Assembly: GCF_004010195.1 (NCBI RefSeq)
Contig: NC_057718.1
Location: 96,316,686 to 96,380,685, forward strand
DNA from: Chiloscyllium plagiosum
Taxonomy: Eukaryota
Direction: 5' to 3'
Length of the DNA: 64,000 bases
This document shows, piece by piece, positions 62,066-64,000 of this stretch (position 1 is its first letter; each line of letters begins with the position of its first letter). The translations under genes were made by a program, and so were the position numbers. Under the pieces are notes generated by a model. That model worked only from the letters and a program-made list of their open reading frames with translations, was not told the origin of the DNA and did no database searches.

Positions 62066-63017
62066 CTCTGACTAGTAGACTACACCGCAAAAACTGAGCA
62101 ATCACTGCCACTTGACCACTCTCTGAGCCAACCCGATTCCCACGGTGTCCTGTCTTCCTTCTCACCCATCTCATCAGATTGCCCACTCCCCCACCTCAGA
62201 TGCCTGGCCCCTTACACACTCGCCTCTCCTTCCTAACTCTCTCATCTTCCCAACACATCCCCATCCATCGACCACTCTTCCTATGACCACCTGACCCAGC
62301 CTAGTCATGTACCAATTGCCCAGATAATCATTCACCCACATCCAGTCACTGCTTCAGCTATTTATGTATTCATTAACATTGGGATTAGACCCTTCATCCC
62401 ACCCAGTCGGTGCTGTACGAAGCGGGTATGTCTTGTCATCTCCTGAGCGGAATCAATTGCTACAGGGTTTACTTAGGAACACCATTTTTGTGACAGTAGC
62501 ATCAGGAGATCCCAGAAAAAGCACACAGCAGCATCAGGTTTTGTGGGGAAATTTTGAGGGCAGCAGCATTGATTGAGGAATCAGACCTGACTGCCTCCCA
62601 ATCATTGTTACTGTGCTGTCATCCCATCCATTCAGCTCCTTGCCTTTCCCAAGGTGGGCACAATATACAATGGAGAGTCATGGAGTCATAGGATTTTTAC
62701 AGTAGGCAAAGAGGCCCTTCGGCCCATCATGTCCATGACAGCAACCATTCAACATATTTGATTTTCCTGCATTTGGCCTTTAACCCTGTCTGCTATTACA
62801 TTTTAATTGAGATGATCTTATTTTTATTTCTCTTGAGGTGTTAGCACAGGTGGTAAGGGAAGCATTTTTGTTGCCCTCGCAAAAGGGGTCCTGGGAGTTC
62901 TCCAACTGCTTAGTCTGCTCCGTCCAGGTGCTCCCATGACATTGTTGTTGGCAGCTTCAGCATTTTGACCTACTGACACCATTGGAACAACCAAGTCCTT
63001 TTAGTGTTTGTCTAGGT

Positions 63018-63682
63018 GGAGAAAGTGAGGACTGCAGATGCTGGAGATTAGAGCTGAAAATGTGTTGCTGGAAAAGCGCAGCAGGTCAGGCAGCATCCAA
63101 GGAGCAGGAGAATCGACGTTTCGGGCATGAGCCCTTCTTCAGGAATGAGGAAAGTGTGTCCAGCAGGCTAAGATAAAAGGTAGGGAGGAGGGACCTGGGG
63201 GAGGGGCGTTGGGAATGCGATAGGTAGAGGGAGGTCAAGGTGAGGGTGATAGGCCGGAGTGGGGGTGGGGGCAGAGAGGTCAGGAAGAGGATTGCAGGTT
63301 AGGAAGGTGGTGCTGAGTTCGAGGGATTTGACTGAGACAAGGTGGGGGGGAGGGGAAATGAGGAAACTGGAGAAATCTGACTTCATCCCTTGTAGTTGGA
63401 GGGTTCCTAGGCGGAAGATGAGGCGCTCTTCCTCCAACCGTCGTGTTGCTATGGTCTGGCGATGGAGGAGTCCAAGGACCTGCATGTCTTTGGTGGAGTG
63501 GGAGGGGGAGTTGAAGTGTTGAGCCACAGGGTGGTTGGGTTGGTTGGTCCGGGTGTCCCAGAGGCGTTCTCTGAAACGTTCCGCAAGTAGGCGGCTTGTC
63601 TCCCCAATATAGAGGAGGCCACATCGGGTGCAGCGGATGCAATAAATGATGTGTGTGGAGGTGCAGGTGAATGTTTGTCGAG
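63018..63682 (-). mobile_element. Young 5'-truncated Penelope-like element with open GIY-YIG endonuclease domain
   Basis: FTCTSTHIIYCIRCTRCGLLYIGETSRLLAERFRE..VAQHFN..RRLEEERLIFRLGTLQ, followed by the terminal repeat. Confidence 0.95.
63115..63142 (-). ncRNA. Minimal type I hammerhead ribozyme core (intact)
   Basis: CTGAAGA-A-GGGC-TCAT-GCCC-GAAAC-GTC. Confidence 0.75.
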
Positions 63683-64000
63683 GTGGGCAACTCGAGGGCA
63701 ACAGCGTTTGCATGCTACTGATGTCCTCCTCTTTAAAATACTGGAGATCTTCAGAGGCAGAACCAAGAGTCGCCTCCATGATTTGCTGCAGTTCAATGAT
63801 ATACACAGGGCACAGTGCAACCACAGTGCCCCAGTGCTGTCAGGAATGGCTATTCAACATCTTAGGCTGTTTACCAAGTAGACTTCTAGATCCTGGCTGA
63901 TGTCAATATTTCTACCTGTTGTTCTAGCTGCAACTTTCCACAGGGTTAACTAAATTGGAGAGCAAGAGTTTTTTCTTTCCTCTCCGTCCTTCTCCAGCTC

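Noticed and set aside
63683..63824. N-terminal extension in frame with the GIY-YIG domain, suggesting a domesticated fusion
   Set aside because: Most simply chance read-through of flanking DNA into a truncated element; non-ATG start and no supporting signals.

Overview
Repeat-dense vertebrate genomic DNA, very probably a shark; HE1-like SINEs and HER1/CR1 LINEs suggest a cartilaginous fish (inference). It has four assembly gaps: 13033-13532, 30533-31032, 32211-32557 and 52488-53171. No host protein-coding gene can be named. Every ORF with a recognisable motif is transposon-derived: CR1 ORF1/ORF2, Penelope-like RT and GIY-YIG, L1 endonuclease, RTE, and a Gypsy gag/SCAN fragment. The window reads as a large intron or intergenic tract with a few unique, CpG-retaining islands that may be exons or conserved non-coding elements. 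The most striking structure is a population of Penelope-like element (PLE) termini from several subfamilies carrying minimal hammerhead ribozyme cores. Many form ~200-bp fold-back insertions whose inversion point lies in or next to the hammerhead, flanked by ~9-15 bp target duplications. Other highlights are a Gypsy-gag/CR1 chimeric insertion in a nested stack and a 150-bp inverted copy of local DNA captured inside a PLE terminus. Coordinates were read by eye, so repeat boundaries are approximate.
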